Origin: Spirochaetia bacterium
GTDB lineage: Bacteria > Spirochaetota > Spirochaetia > CADAEX01
DNA length: 64,000 bases
Reading direction: 5' to 3'
Assembly: GCA_963662795.1 (NCBI GenBank)
Contig: OY759746.1
Location: forward strand, 32,001-96,000
The notes beneath the pieces were generated by a model. It saw only the letters and a program-made list of their open reading frames with translations. It did not search any database and was not told the DNA's origin. Within the stretch, counting starts at the first letter, position 1; each line of letters opens with the position of its first letter. Shown here one piece after another: positions 28,443 through 38,119 of this stretch. The position numbers were made by a program, and so were the translations under genes.

Positions 28443-29872
28443 CTTACAAGCAGTTCCCTTAAAAATGCAAAAACTTTTCCGACAGACGAAACCTTAAGCC
28501 GTTCATCAGGTGAGTGGGGGTTTTCAATATCAGGGCCCATGGAAAGGGTATCCATCCCCTTGCAAAGGTTTCCTATGATGCCGCATTCAAGTCCGCCGTG
28601 CGTTATTTCTACTTTTGCAGCTTCACCGTAGATCTTTTTCCAGAGTTCCGTGCTTCTTTTTAACAGAGGGCTGTTCCAGTCAGGCTGCCATGGCTCGGTA
28701 AAGACATCCAGTTTATATTCAGCTCCTGTAAGCACTGCGATGTCCTCAATCCTCCCAGTCAGTTCAATCAGCCGTGACCTGACAGAACTTCTCTGCATTG
28801 ATGTAATCCTTACACCATCTGCTGTCATTTTTATCATCGCGAAATTAAGTGATGTTTCAACCTGATCAGGCAGGGCAGCGTTCATATTCTTGATGCCGTT
28901 GGGCATAATTCTGAGAGAATTTATAATCTGCCGGGTCGCAGCAGGAGTAAATGTCTCGGCAGGTAACACTCTGTCTTCGCAGCTTAAAAATGCGTTTTCC
29001 TCCACAACACTGTTCTCGGAAATTACAATACCTGTAAAATCCTTCCACCATCCTTTAACCTTTTCGGAAGCTTTTGTGTCAAAGACAATCACAGCTTCAG
29101 CCGAACGCGGTATGGCGTTCATGGCAGATCCGCCGTCAATGGAAGCAAGAGTGAACGGGACCTCTCTGGAAAGACCTGAAAGTCCGCGGACAAGCTCAAA
29201 ACAGGCATTTGCTCTTGATTTTGCCGCATCTCCTGCCGAATGCCCCCCTTTGAATCCGCCGATTTTAAGCAGACATGCTGATGATCCTGAAGGGACAGCT
29301 TCTTTTTGCAGGGAAAAATCGAGATGTGTTCTGGTAGAGCCTGCGCATCCTGCGGTAAATACTCCTGCCTCTTCTGAGTCCAGGTTGAGAAGGATCTTTC
29401 CTTTTATAAAATCGGGTTTGAGCCTGTCTGCTCCCCCCATCCCTATCTCCTCATCAGTTGTAAAGAGAAGTTCAAGCGGAGGATGCTTTATTTCAGGGTC
29501 AGCAGCAATCACCATTGCCATGGCAAGGGCTATTCCGTTGTCTGCACCGAGACTCGTTTCTTTTGCCATGAGCCAGTCCCCTTCCCTTACAGAAACAACA
29601 GGATCTTTTGCGAAATCATGATCAGATTCCGGAATTTTCTCGCAGACCATATCCATGTGACCCTGCAGTATTACTATGGGAGAATTTTCAAATCCTTCAG
29701 CAGCCGGTACAGATATATTCAGGTTTAAAGCTTCATCAGCCATATATGAAAAATTGTTTTCTTCAGCCCATTTCTTAAAATAATTATGTATAGGCTCCAT
29801 GTTTTCAGACTTGCGCGGTATTTTATTTATATCATCAAGTAATTTTAGAATTTTTTCTGTTTTATCGTTCAT
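28433..29872 (-). CDS. pepD: Aminoacyl-histidine dipeptidase (M20C)
   Basis: 'LQGHMDMVCEK', 'LGADNGI', 'TDEEIGM', 'NLDSE', 'GGHSA', 'HGGLECG', 'HSPDE'. Confidence 0.92.
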   Translation of the reverse strand: MNDKTEKILKLLDDINKIPRKSENMEPIHNYFKKWAEENNFSYMADEALNLNISVPAAEGFENSPIVILQGHMDMVCEKIPESDHDFAKDPVVSVREGDWLMAKETSLGADNGIALAMAMVIAADPEIKHPPLELLFTTDEEIGMGGADRLKPDFIKGKILLNLDSEEAGVFTAGCAGSTRTHLDFSLQKEAVPSGSSACLLKIGGFKGGHSAGDAAKSRANACFELVRGLSGLSREVPFTLASIDGGSAMNAIPRSAEAVIVFDTKASEKVKGWWKDFTGIVISENSVVEENAFLSCEDRVLPAETFTPAATRQIINSLRIMPNGIKNMNAALPDQVETSLNFAMIKMTADGVRITSMQRSSVRSRLIELTGRIEDIAVLTGAEYKLDVFTEPWQPDWNSPLLKRSTELWKKIYGEAAKVEITHGGLECGIIGNLCKGMDTLSMGPDIENPHSPDERLKVSSVGKVFAFLRELLVSYR

Positions 29873-29981
29873 GACATCTCCTGAAATATTTCATTTATAA
29901 AAATTAATATATTTGCTATACTTTATTTATATAACTTTTTTTACAATTAAGAAATATATTTAATATAAAGAGGCAGGTAAA

Positions 29982-31469
29982 ATGGAAAATCAACCTATTG
30001 ATAATTCAGTTATTGATGATATTTTAAATAATTCACATAAAGCTTTTTTAAAGTATAAAAAAATATCAGGTAAAAAAAGAGCCGTTTTTCTGCGGACAAT
30101 TGCTGCTGAACTTGAGGCGGTAAATGATGAACTTATTCAATCCGCCATGAGGGAGAGCAATCTCCCTGAAGGCAGACTCTCAGGTGAAATCAAACGAACT
30201 ACTGATCAGATCAGGATGTTTGCCGGCCTGCTTGAAGATGGATCCTGGGTAGAAGCCAGGATTGATACAGCTATCCCTGAAAGAAAACCGGTGCCTAAAG
30301 TTGACCTCAGGAAAATGCTGATTCCTCTCGGTCCGATAGCGATATTCGGAGCCGCTAACTTTCCGATAGCTTTTTCAGCGGCAGGAGGAGATACGATATC
30401 CGCCCTCGCGGCAGGATGCTCAGTTATTGTAAAAGCGCATCCTGCCCACCCGGAAACATCAGCTCTCGCCGCAGAAGCAATAAAACGGGCCGCGGAAAAA
30501 TGCGGCATGCCGGATGGGGTATATCAACATATCGATTTCAAAGGGCAGGAGGGCATCAAGGCAGGACAGACTCTGATAACACACCCGCTGCTAAAGGGGG
30601 CAGGTTTTACCGGGTCGCTTGCAGGCGGCAGGGCGTTGTTTGATCTTGCAAACAGCAGACCCGACCCCATACCCTTTTTTGCCGAAATGAGCAGCATCAA
30701 CCCAGTAATACTCCTGCCGGAAACGTTATCCCGTGACGCAGAAAAAAGCGCACAAGAACTTGCTTCATCAATTTCACTGGGAGCAGGTCAGTTCTGTACA
30801 AACCCGGGCCTCATAATTGCTGTTGAAGGGGAGCCTCTTGAACGTTTTATAAAGGCCCTGGACAAAGAGATGCAAAAAAGCATACCGCAGAAAATGCTGA
30901 ACCAGGGAATCGCGGACAACTACTATAAAAAACTGAGCCACTCACTTATGCAGAAAGGGGTTAAGACTGAATGCCGGGCTCACGCCGATGAATCAGAAGA
31001 GAGGGGTAAACCGCTTGTTGCGTCCGCGCATGCCGAAACTTTTATCAGCAATACCGAACTTGCCCATGAAGTGTTCGGTCCTTACTCTTTGATTATAAGA
31101 TGCCGTGATATTGACGAACTTTACTCCGTTGTAGTGAGCCTTCAGGGACAGCTGACAATTACGCTGACAGGAGACGAAGAAGAGCTGATCAGAAATAAAA
31201 ATCTTGTTGACATTATAGCTGAAAAAGCAGGGAGGCTTATTGTCAACGGTGTCCCTACTGGTGTGGAAGTCTGCCCTTCCATGCAGCACGGCGGCCCCTA
31301 TCCAGCATCAACCGATTCAAGATTCACTGCAGTAGGAACAGACGCGATAAAAAGATTCTCCCGGCCTGCCGCTTTTCAGAATTTCCCGGAATCACTTCTG
31401 CCGGATGAACTTAAAGAAAGCAATCCTCTCTCTATCTGGAGGCTTGTAAACGGTGGATGGAAAAAATAG
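29982..31469 (+). CDS. NADP-dependent aldehyde dehydrogenase, alpha-ketoglutaric semialdehyde dehydrogenase subfamily
   Basis: 'FGAANFPIAFS..GGDT', 'KAHPAHP', 'GFTGS..GG', 'AEMSSINP', 'GQFCTNPG', 'HGGPYPAST'. Confidence 0.88.
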   Translation: MENQPIDNSVIDDILNNSHKAFLKYKKISGKKRAVFLRTIAAELEAVNDELIQSAMRESNLPEGRLSGEIKRTTDQIRMFAGLLEDGSWVEARIDTAIPERKPVPKVDLRKMLIPLGPIAIFGAANFPIAFSAAGGDTISALAAGCSVIVKAHPAHPETSALAAEAIKRAAEKCGMPDGVYQHIDFKGQEGIKAGQTLITHPLLKGAGFTGSLAGGRALFDLANSRPDPIPFFAEMSSINPVILLPETLSRDAEKSAQELASSISLGAGQFCTNPGLIIAVEGEPLERFIKALDKEMQKSIPQKMLNQGIADNYYKKLSHSLMQKGVKTECRAHADESEERGKPLVASAHAETFISNTELAHEVFGPYSLIIRCRDIDELYSVVVSLQGQLTITLTGDEEELIRNKNLVDIIAEKAGRLIVNGVPTGVEVCPSMQHGGPYPASTDSRFTAVGTDAIKRFSRPAAFQNFPESLLPDELKESNPLSIWRLVNGGWKK

Positions 31470-31531
31470 GGTAAGATACTAGATACTTTTAACTGAGGCA
31501 TTTTGAGCTGCTGTAGTGCAATTACCGCAGC

Positions 31532-32242
31532 CTAAAAATCATGGCGGCTGTATACAGGAGAAAGCATTGTTTTTATGATTTTTGCTCCGCAGTATTTTTC
31601 AAGCATCAGTGCAACCTCATCCCTGGCTTTTTCCGCCCTTTCTTCACTCCCCTCGCCTACCGCGTCAATATTCATGATAATATTCCCGGTATTTTCAGTT
31701 ATTTTTGTTTTATCGCCGTTTCTCCAGTTCCATCTTCTGCACATGACATCCTTTGTTTCATCTATAAGGTAAATAATTTCACCTTTCTCCGGTGTCTCCG
31801 TTTTATCCGGTGTGCCGAGAGGAATAAAAGTTTCATTTCCGTCTGAATATGTGAGCATATAGGTTGATTCCGGCGCGGTTATATCGTCACCTCCGACAGG
31901 AAGAACATGCTCTATCGATACAGTATTCATCACTGCAACAACACTGTTGATAAAAGGTATCTCTGTCTGCTGTTTCTGGATCCTTTTAAGAAGGGCTATA
32001 TGCGCCGGAGGGAATTTATTTGGATTTGATGAAAAAGATTTATGAACATCTTTCCAATCCGTTATTCTCCTGTCATTTTCAAGATCAACAGGATTTTCAA
32101 ACCGCCTGATTAAAGTTTCCTTTAAAACAGAGTAAAGATCTTCATCCGCAGTTTTATTTTTCATACTGCGCGCAATTACAATTCCTCTTCTGAACGAAGG
32201 ATGGGCTTCAAATATTTTCTCTGCTATAACAATACATCCCAT
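31532..32242 (-). CDS. Standalone B3/4-domain protein (PheRS-beta editing domain homolog)
   Basis: 'NPNKFPPAH.ALLKR', 'IPFINSVVAVMN.VS', 'PVGGDD', 'CRRWNWR..DKTKIT'; GGAG RBS. Confidence 0.85.
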   Translation of the reverse strand: MGCIVIAEKIFEAHPSFRRGIVIARSMKNKTADEDLYSVLKETLIRRFENPVDLENDRRITDWKDVHKSFSSNPNKFPPAHIALLKRIQKQQTEIPFINSVVAVMNTVSIEHVLPVGGDDITAPESTYMLTYSDGNETFIPLGTPDKTETPEKGEIIYLIDETKDVMCRRWNWRNGDKTKITENTGNIIMNIDAVGEGSEERAEKARDEVALMLEKYCGAKIIKTMLSPVYSRHDF

Positions 32243-32263
32243 ACATTACTCCTTCCGGCTATA

Positions 32264-33496
32264 TTATTCATCATCTTCATTTAAAATCTCTATCCTTACC
32301 CGGCTTATTGCAAGCCTGTCTCCATCCAGAACAGTATACTTGATATTTCCTTCCATGAAAACCTTGCCAATCTCAGGAATTATCCCTAATCTTTCGCACA
32401 GATATCCCCCGAGAGTTTCGTTATTTCCTTTTTTAATTTTAATTTCAGTTACATGCGAAAGATATTCAAGATCCGTATTCCCGGCTGCTACAAATACACG
32501 GTTGTCAAGTTTTATTACATCATCCTTGATTGTGAGATAATTGCCGGGGATGGAACCGATTATTTCCGATGCAATCTGCTGATGAGTTATAATACCCGAG
32601 ATGCCCCCATATTCATCAGTAAGAAATACAATTTCAAGGCCTCTCTCAACCATTACACCAAGCAGATCAGGAAGAGGTTTCACTTCAGGATAAAACTCAG
32701 GAGGACGCATAATATGTTTTATTAAATAATTGTCTTTACAGCAAAAATCCTGCACATCTATATAACCGATTATGTCGTCAGTCCTTTTGGAAAAACAGGG
32801 AAAATACCGCTGGTTCATCTGGCCTGCTACACGTATTACTTCCAGAGGATTTGTATTAATATGAAAAACCGGGTACTTGTGAAGCGGAATCATGGCTTCT
32901 GATGCCAGAGTCTCGCTAAAATCAAGTATATCGTCAATTGCCCTGTAATCATCATAAACGGAACCTGATTCCTTGCTGCTAAGGTGCATGAGCATGCGGA
33001 AATCATCCCTTGAGCGGGGCATTCTTTCCACAATATTTTTTTGCCGCAGCAGCAGCATTATAAACCCTGCCATGCTGTTTACGAGAAAGGAAATCGGCAG
33101 AAAGATATAAAAGAAAAACCTGAGCACCAGAGACAACCGGACAGTTACTGAATCAGCATATCTCCTGAAGAAAGTTTTAGGTATTATTTCAGAAAAAAGG
33201 AGATATATTATAATCAACAGAGAACTTCCGATTACTGCAGCTGTGCCTGAGTAATTATTCCGCAGATAATTATTAAGAATGATCGAGCTTGTTACTACAG
33301 CAATATTGGTTCCGATCAGGGTGGTTCCCAGAAGCCGTTCAGGTTTTTTCAGCAGGAAGTCTGCTGATTTTGCCCAGCTGCTGCCTCCTTCCTTTTTGCC
33401 GAATATTTTAATTCTGTCTGCGGAAAGAAGTCCGGTTTCCATACCGGCGAAAAATGAGGCAAACAGCAGGCAGAGAACTTCGATAAGGATAATCAC
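32264..33496 (-). CDS. CNNM/CorB (DUF21-CBS-CorC) membrane protein, copy 2
   Basis: 'SFFAGMETGL', 'LGTTLIGTN', 'FSEIIPK', 'DEYGGISGI', CorC domain 'ETLGGYL..LGIIP'; GTG start overlaps the upstream TGA. Confidence 0.88.
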   Translation of the reverse strand: MIILIEVLCLLFASFFAGMETGLLSADRIKIFGKKEGGSSWAKSADFLLKKPERLLGTTLIGTNIAVVTSSIILNNYLRNNYSGTAAVIGSSLLIIIYLLFSEIIPKTFFRRYADSVTVRLSLVLRFFFYIFLPISFLVNSMAGFIMLLLRQKNIVERMPRSRDDFRMLMHLSSKESGSVYDDYRAIDDILDFSETLASEAMIPLHKYPVFHINTNPLEVIRVAGQMNQRYFPCFSKRTDDIIGYIDVQDFCCKDNYLIKHIMRPPEFYPEVKPLPDLLGVMVERGLEIVFLTDEYGGISGIITHQQIASEIIGSIPGNYLTIKDDVIKLDNRVFVAAGNTDLEYLSHVTEIKIKKGNNETLGGYLCERLGIIPEIGKVFMEGNIKYTVLDGDRLAISRVRIEILNEDDE

Positions 33497-34758
33497 TGCT
33501 TATCCCTCTCTTCAACGCTCAGCAATTCAATTTTATTTCCATCCATCCTGATTACTTTAAGGTTTATATGACTGCAGGTAATCACATCATTTATTTCCGG
33601 TATGTCGCCATGTTTTTCCATAAATAATCCGGCTGCGGTATCAGCATCTGTAATTATTTCCATACCGAGGAATTCCTCAAGTTCTTCTATAGCCATGTTG
33701 CCGGGGATAATCTCAACAGACTCAGGAGTGTCATTAAAGGTCTCCTTATAAGGAGTATAAAAAGCCTTTAACACGTCTTCTATAATGTTTCTGAACCATA
33801 TAATTCCGGCTGTACCGCCATATTCGTCAACCAGCTGTACAATATCGGTATCAGCTTCTCTTAATTCAGCAATCAGCCGGTTAAGGTCTTTTGATTCAGG
33901 TACAGATATAAATTTTTCAGCAAGCGTTCCAATTTCCAAATCCATATCTTTGTTTTGAATTTTACGGCTGAGTAAATCAAAAACGGGAACCCATCCATAT
34001 AGATGATCATTATCTTCCTTAAAAAGAATCAGTGATGAATTGATAATGTAATCAGGTTCAGCAGCGATAAGGCCGACGACCTCTCCTATACTTATATTCC
34101 AGGGAATTGTCTTGAGTTCGCTCCTTGGAGTCATGACACTATGTGCGGTTTTGTCCTTGAAAGTAAGATAGGATTTAAATAAACGGTATTCCGATTGTTT
34201 CAGAATACTCTCGTTAAATCCAAGTTCCGCTGTCGAGAGAACCAGAGCATGCCTGTCCTCGCGGTTTTCACCGATATTTTCTGAAAATTTCACTAAAACA
34301 CGTCTGATAATATAATTCAGACCTGCCCGTACCGGACTCAGAATTATATGAAGGTAGTATAACGGGACAGAGGCCAGGCGCGTAAAAGCTTTTGGATGAT
34401 TTACCGCTAATCTTTTCGGTGTCAACTCTCCGGCCATCAAAAGGATTATTGTCATTCCGATAATGGAAAACAAATCTGATTTGCCGTTAAATATATGGGC
34501 GCCTATAATGCTTCCTACGCTTGAAGCGAAAATATTTACAACCATGTTGCCGGTAAGAATTGTTATAAGCAGCTGTTCGTGATTTTCCAGCAAAAACTGA
34601 ATTATATTCCGCCCGTTTTTCGATTTGGATTTTTTCAGGGAATTCCTTTCGAGACGGTTAAGGGAAAAAATTGCGGTCTCAGAACCTGAAAAAAAGAATG
34701 AAAAAATCAGTAGAATAACGAGTAGTATATAATGTAAAAGCGGAGGGCCATCGTCCAT
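33493..34758 (-). CDS. CNNM/CorB (DUF21-CBS-CorC) membrane protein, copy 1
   Basis: 'FFSGSETAIFSL', 'TILTGN', 'GELTPK', 'VMTPR', 'VDEYGGTAGI'; start moved to MDDG at 34758. Confidence 0.88.
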   Translation of the reverse strand: MDDGPPLLHYILLVILLIFSFFFSGSETAIFSLNRLERNSLKKSKSKNGRNIIQFLLENHEQLLITILTGNMVVNIFASSVGSIIGAHIFNGKSDLFSIIGMTIILLMAGELTPKRLAVNHPKAFTRLASVPLYYLHIILSPVRAGLNYIIRRVLVKFSENIGENREDRHALVLSTAELGFNESILKQSEYRLFKSYLTFKDKTAHSVMTPRSELKTIPWNISIGEVVGLIAAEPDYIINSSLILFKEDNDHLYGWVPVFDLLSRKIQNKDMDLEIGTLAEKFISVPESKDLNRLIAELREADTDIVQLVDEYGGTAGIIWFRNIIEDVLKAFYTPYKETFNDTPESVEIIPGNMAIEELEEFLGMEIITDADTAAGLFMEKHGDIPEINDVITCSHINLKVIRMDGNKIELLSVEERDKQ

Positions 34759-34769
34759 TTTATTACTTT

Positions 34770-36557
34770 TTACAGCCCCTGGTCCGCACAGCAGATGCAA
34801 TCATTTGATTTTTCTTTCTTTTCTACTATTGTATTATTTTCGCAGTTTATGAAATAAAACCAGTTCAGGGCTTCGAGTTTATCATCTTTAAATTGATTGA
34901 ATGACTCAGGGAAATCATCTCTTTTATGCATAGCAAATGTTTCTGCTTCTGAAAGATACTGCTTATATTCGGCTGCTGTATCAACTTCCTCATTCACAGA
35001 AATATCAGTTCCGATATATCTGTAGCTTTCGTTGATTCCGAAATCTCTTACAATTGCATGTTCTTCCATTATATTTATATTTGACCAGCCGCCAGTTTTC
35101 AAATCCACCGTATAGTCTTTTAAGAACAGATAAGCGTTTTTACTTACAAAGTCAATAGCCTCGATAATAAAATCCACTTCATACTCAGACATTGCATAAT
35201 GAAAATTTATTCTAACCCAGCCCGGCTTCAGGGAATTTATTCCGTTTAAAATTATTTCGCGGAATTTAAGTGATTTTTCAGCTCCTATTTTCAATAAGCT
35301 GTGGCCATAAGGGCCGGCGCATGCACACCCTGCTCTTGACTGTATTCCGAATAAATCATTCATAAGTTTCGTTACAAATCTATGATGCAGATATCTGTCT
35401 TTATACTTTATCATGAAAGAAATTATTGAAACTCTTTTTGAAGGATCAGCCGGGCCGAGAATCTCTACAGCAGGATTATCCTTGAATTTTTTAATTATTT
35501 TTTCAGTAAAATACTGTTCTTTTTCTTCAATTATTTCTGTCCCTATCCGGCCCTTTAACTGGATAGCCAGTCCTGCTTTTATAACCTGCAATATTCCGGG
35601 TGTACCGGCCTTTTCCCGTTCTTCAACATTATCCAGATAGTCCTGTCCGATGCTGCTGACATAATCAACAGTACCTCCTCCGGAAACTGTCGGGGGTATT
35701 TTGTTGTCATATAATTTACTATTTATTACCAGTATACCGGCTGCACCCGGACCGCCGATAAATTTATGGGGTGAGAAAAATACAGCGTCAAAATATGATT
35801 CCTTATTTTTATTCATATTAATCTCAACATAAGGAGCGCTTGCGGCAAAATCAAAACAGGCTATTGCTTTATTTGCATGAAGTATCATGGCTACTTCATA
35901 TACATCTGTTTTGATACCGGTTACATTGGAGGCAGCTGAAAAGGAACCTATTTTAAACCTGTTTTCATACCTGCTGTCCGAGACTTTTTTCTCAAGGTCA
36001 GCCAGATCAAGATAACCGTTCTGATCCAGTCCGATTTCAACAACCTCAACAAGGCTCTCCCGCCACATCAGAATGTTTGAATGATGTTCATAAGGTCCGA
36101 TGAAAACTACAGGCATCTTTTTATTAAATTCTGTGTTTACAAGATTCATCACATAATCATTGCTGTTCCTGCTCAATTCTGAATTAATCAGAAAATCAAT
36201 AATCCTGTTTTTTGTCGCGGGAGGCATGTATACCCCGATTATTTTACTGAAACTTAATATTGCGCCTGTTGCCCCTGTCCCGGCCGGAATAACATAACAG
36301 TTATTTGCGGCATTCAGTTCTTCCTTGATAATTTTTTCAGATTTATGAAGAAGCTTCGTCATCAATTCACCTGTCAAGTCATCCTCGGTATGAGTATTGG
36401 CATAGTATTGCTCAATTTCCATCATATACTTTTCAACAAATTTCAGTGGTTTGCCTGAAGCGGTGTAATCAGTATATGTGATTATTCTTTCTCCATAAGG
36501 TGTTGTGAATTTTTTGTTTCTGCCAATTATTTCAGATCTTAATATATCCAGCTTCAT
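34770..36557 (-). CDS. Class-V PLP-dependent enzyme (cysteine desulfurase-like subfamily)
   Basis: 'YTDYTASG', 'YANTHT', 'GPYEHHSN', 'SAASNVTG', PLP lysine in 'SPHKFIGG', 'QSRAGCACAGPYGH'. Confidence 0.85.
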   Translation of the reverse strand: MKLDILRSEIIGRNKKFTTPYGERIITYTDYTASGKPLKFVEKYMMEIEQYYANTHTEDDLTGELMTKLLHKSEKIIKEELNAANNCYVIPAGTGATGAILSFSKIIGVYMPPATKNRIIDFLINSELSRNSNDYVMNLVNTEFNKKMPVVFIGPYEHHSNILMWRESLVEVVEIGLDQNGYLDLADLEKKVSDSRYENRFKIGSFSAASNVTGIKTDVYEVAMILHANKAIACFDFAASAPYVEINMNKNKESYFDAVFFSPHKFIGGPGAAGILVINSKLYDNKIPPTVSGGGTVDYVSSIGQDYLDNVEEREKAGTPGILQVIKAGLAIQLKGRIGTEIIEEKEQYFTEKIIKKFKDNPAVEILGPADPSKRVSIISFMIKYKDRYLHHRFVTKLMNDLFGIQSRAGCACAGPYGHSLLKIGAEKSLKFREIILNGINSLKPGWVRINFHYAMSEYEVDFIIEAIDFVSKNAYLFLKDYTVDLKTGGWSNINIMEEHAIVRDFGINESYRYIGTDISVNEEVDTAAEYKQYLSEAETFAMHKRDDFPESFNQFKDDKLEALNWFYFINCENNTIVEKKEKSNDCICCADQGL

Positions 36558-36972
36558 TTTTATGATTTCTCCCTTTTAATCCTTATCCAGGCCCACATGA
36601 ATTCTTAATATCACCGATGTTTTTAATTTTTTCACGATATTATGTATCTGACTCTTTCTTTTTAATTTTTAACCATAAAAACTACCCTAATTGATTATTT
36701 AGGATTAAAGTTTAATATACCATGATATTACAGCAAAGAGATATAATATTTAATTGCAGTATGGTATAATTTGCTGCTTTACTAAAAAAATATTCTGCAA
36801 CAAATAAGTCATTTGAATATAAAAATTTTTGAGCCAGATAATAACAATTCGGTTGCCGCATTCAACGGCAGCCGCAAATCCAAAAAAAGGACAGGAGTTT
36901 TATCAACTTTGATATTAACGGTAAGAGATGAAAAAATAGATTCATTTGTTTATATTTAATAAGGAATAAAAT

Positions 36973-37371
36973 ATGAAAAAAACTGAAATAATAGTCTTAA
37001 TCATTATATCATGCCTTGCATTAAGTATTCTATCCTGCTCATCTGCAGTTCAGAAGAAACTTGCCGGAAAATGGCAGGTAACAGAAGCCCATCTTCCGAA
37101 CGGGCAGGTCCTTAAAAACCCGGACATGAGGATTGTTTTCACAAGATCGTCATTCACCATATACACAAACGGCAAAATGAACCTGGCGCTTGATTACAAG
37201 GTAAAAAAGGATTTTGTCGGCTACTACATCGAAACCTCATCAGACAGAAAAATACAGGGGCAGAGGCTGGAATTTACAGATAACGACAGCCTCTCGCTCG
37301 AACTCTCTGATTACATCGGCGGACAGCCAGTGAAACTTACGTATTATTTAAAGAGAATAATTGAGAAATAG
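36973..37371 (+). CDS. Small lipoprotein, lipocalin-like beta-barrel
   Basis: Lipobox 'ILSC', 'LAGKWQV' GxW motif, beta-strand pattern; AAGGA RBS. Confidence 0.7.
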   Translation: MKKTEIIVLIIISCLALSILSCSSAVQKKLAGKWQVTEAHLPNGQVLKNPDMRIVFTRSSFTIYTNGKMNLALDYKVKKDFVGYYIETSSDRKIQGQRLEFTDNDSLSLELSDYIGGQPVKLTYYLKRIIEK

Positions 37372-37401
37372 GCCTGGCATATCTTAAGCTGATTCAGCAA
37401 T

Positions 37402-37955
37402 TTATGGTACTGGAATTGTCTCATTAATTGTAATGTCAACACTTTCACCGTTGACTGTTCCTGTTACAGACCCAGTTACAACTATGGAATCTGAAATCTC
37501 AAGGTTCAGTACAACATCAATGTCTACACTATATGTTCCGGATAAGCTTCCGCCTTCAACAGAAATATTTCCGGGAATGATACTGTAACTGTATATAATT
37601 CACTGTCATAACTGTAATCAATATCTATCAACCCGTTAAGAATATACTGATTATCATCATATATAACATGGAAGTTGTCAAAATTAATTGTGTTGTATAA
37701 AAGTGAATAAATCGCAATATTACCATAACCATCAGGAATTTCTTGATCCGGTGCCGCGGTTAAGAAAGGCGGTGAGGTCAAATAAGGAGGAGCACCTGCA
37801 CTTAGAGAATAATCACCCATTACTGCTCCGGCAACCGCCAGAGCTCCGGCGGCTTCAGCAGGATTTTCACTGTCAGATGATCCGCTCCCGGCGGAATCGC
37901 AGGAAACTATAAAAAGCAGCAGAATGATACCGATAACTGACAATATTCTATTCAT
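37402..37955 (-). pseudogene. Beta-rich lipoprotein with one frameshift near 37573
   Basis: Lipobox 'IVSC'; after 'TVSF' a second frame continues GNISVEGGSLSGTYSVDIDVVLNLEISDSIVVTGSVTGTVNGESVDITINETIPVP* to TAA 37402-37404. Confidence 0.65.
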
Positions 37956-38061
37956 CTTTAAATACCCCCCATTGAAAAGCGATATAAATAATTATATTCC
38001 CCGTTATTAATTTTTTCAATTTTTTTCTATGATTAAGGCTTTACAGTAAACGCAACAGCCC

Positions 38062-38092
38062 TTGACAGCGTAAATATAACTATCTATATATT
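38062..38092 (+). promoter_or_regulatory. Promoter for the YeeE/YedE pair with an overlapping AT-rich inverted repeat
   Basis: TTGACA-17 bp-TATATA(TT); AATATA-N8-TATATT dyad at 38073-38092. Confidence 0.45.
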
Positions 38093-38119
38093 AAATATAT
38101 GCAATACAAAGGAAGAACC

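Noticed and set aside
28890-29621. 243-aa antisense ORF within pepD (similarly 50044-50727, 15687-16289, 7961-8509)
   Set aside because: These are shadow ORFs opposite well-supported genes, with no motifs or RBS
36575-36660. Possible leader peptide (VKKLKTSVILRIHVGLDKD) or M-box/fluoride riboswitch upstream of the PLP/CNNM operon
   Set aside because: No RBS, no informative codon run and no recognisable riboswitch core; an Rfam scan would be needed to exclude it fully
36840-36875. ATAACAATTCGGTTGCCGCA plus hairpin, resembling the 3' end of a c-di-GMP-I riboswitch
   Set aside because: The 5' core (GGCAAA...GAAA...ACGCAAA) is missing, so only a generic stem-loop is supported
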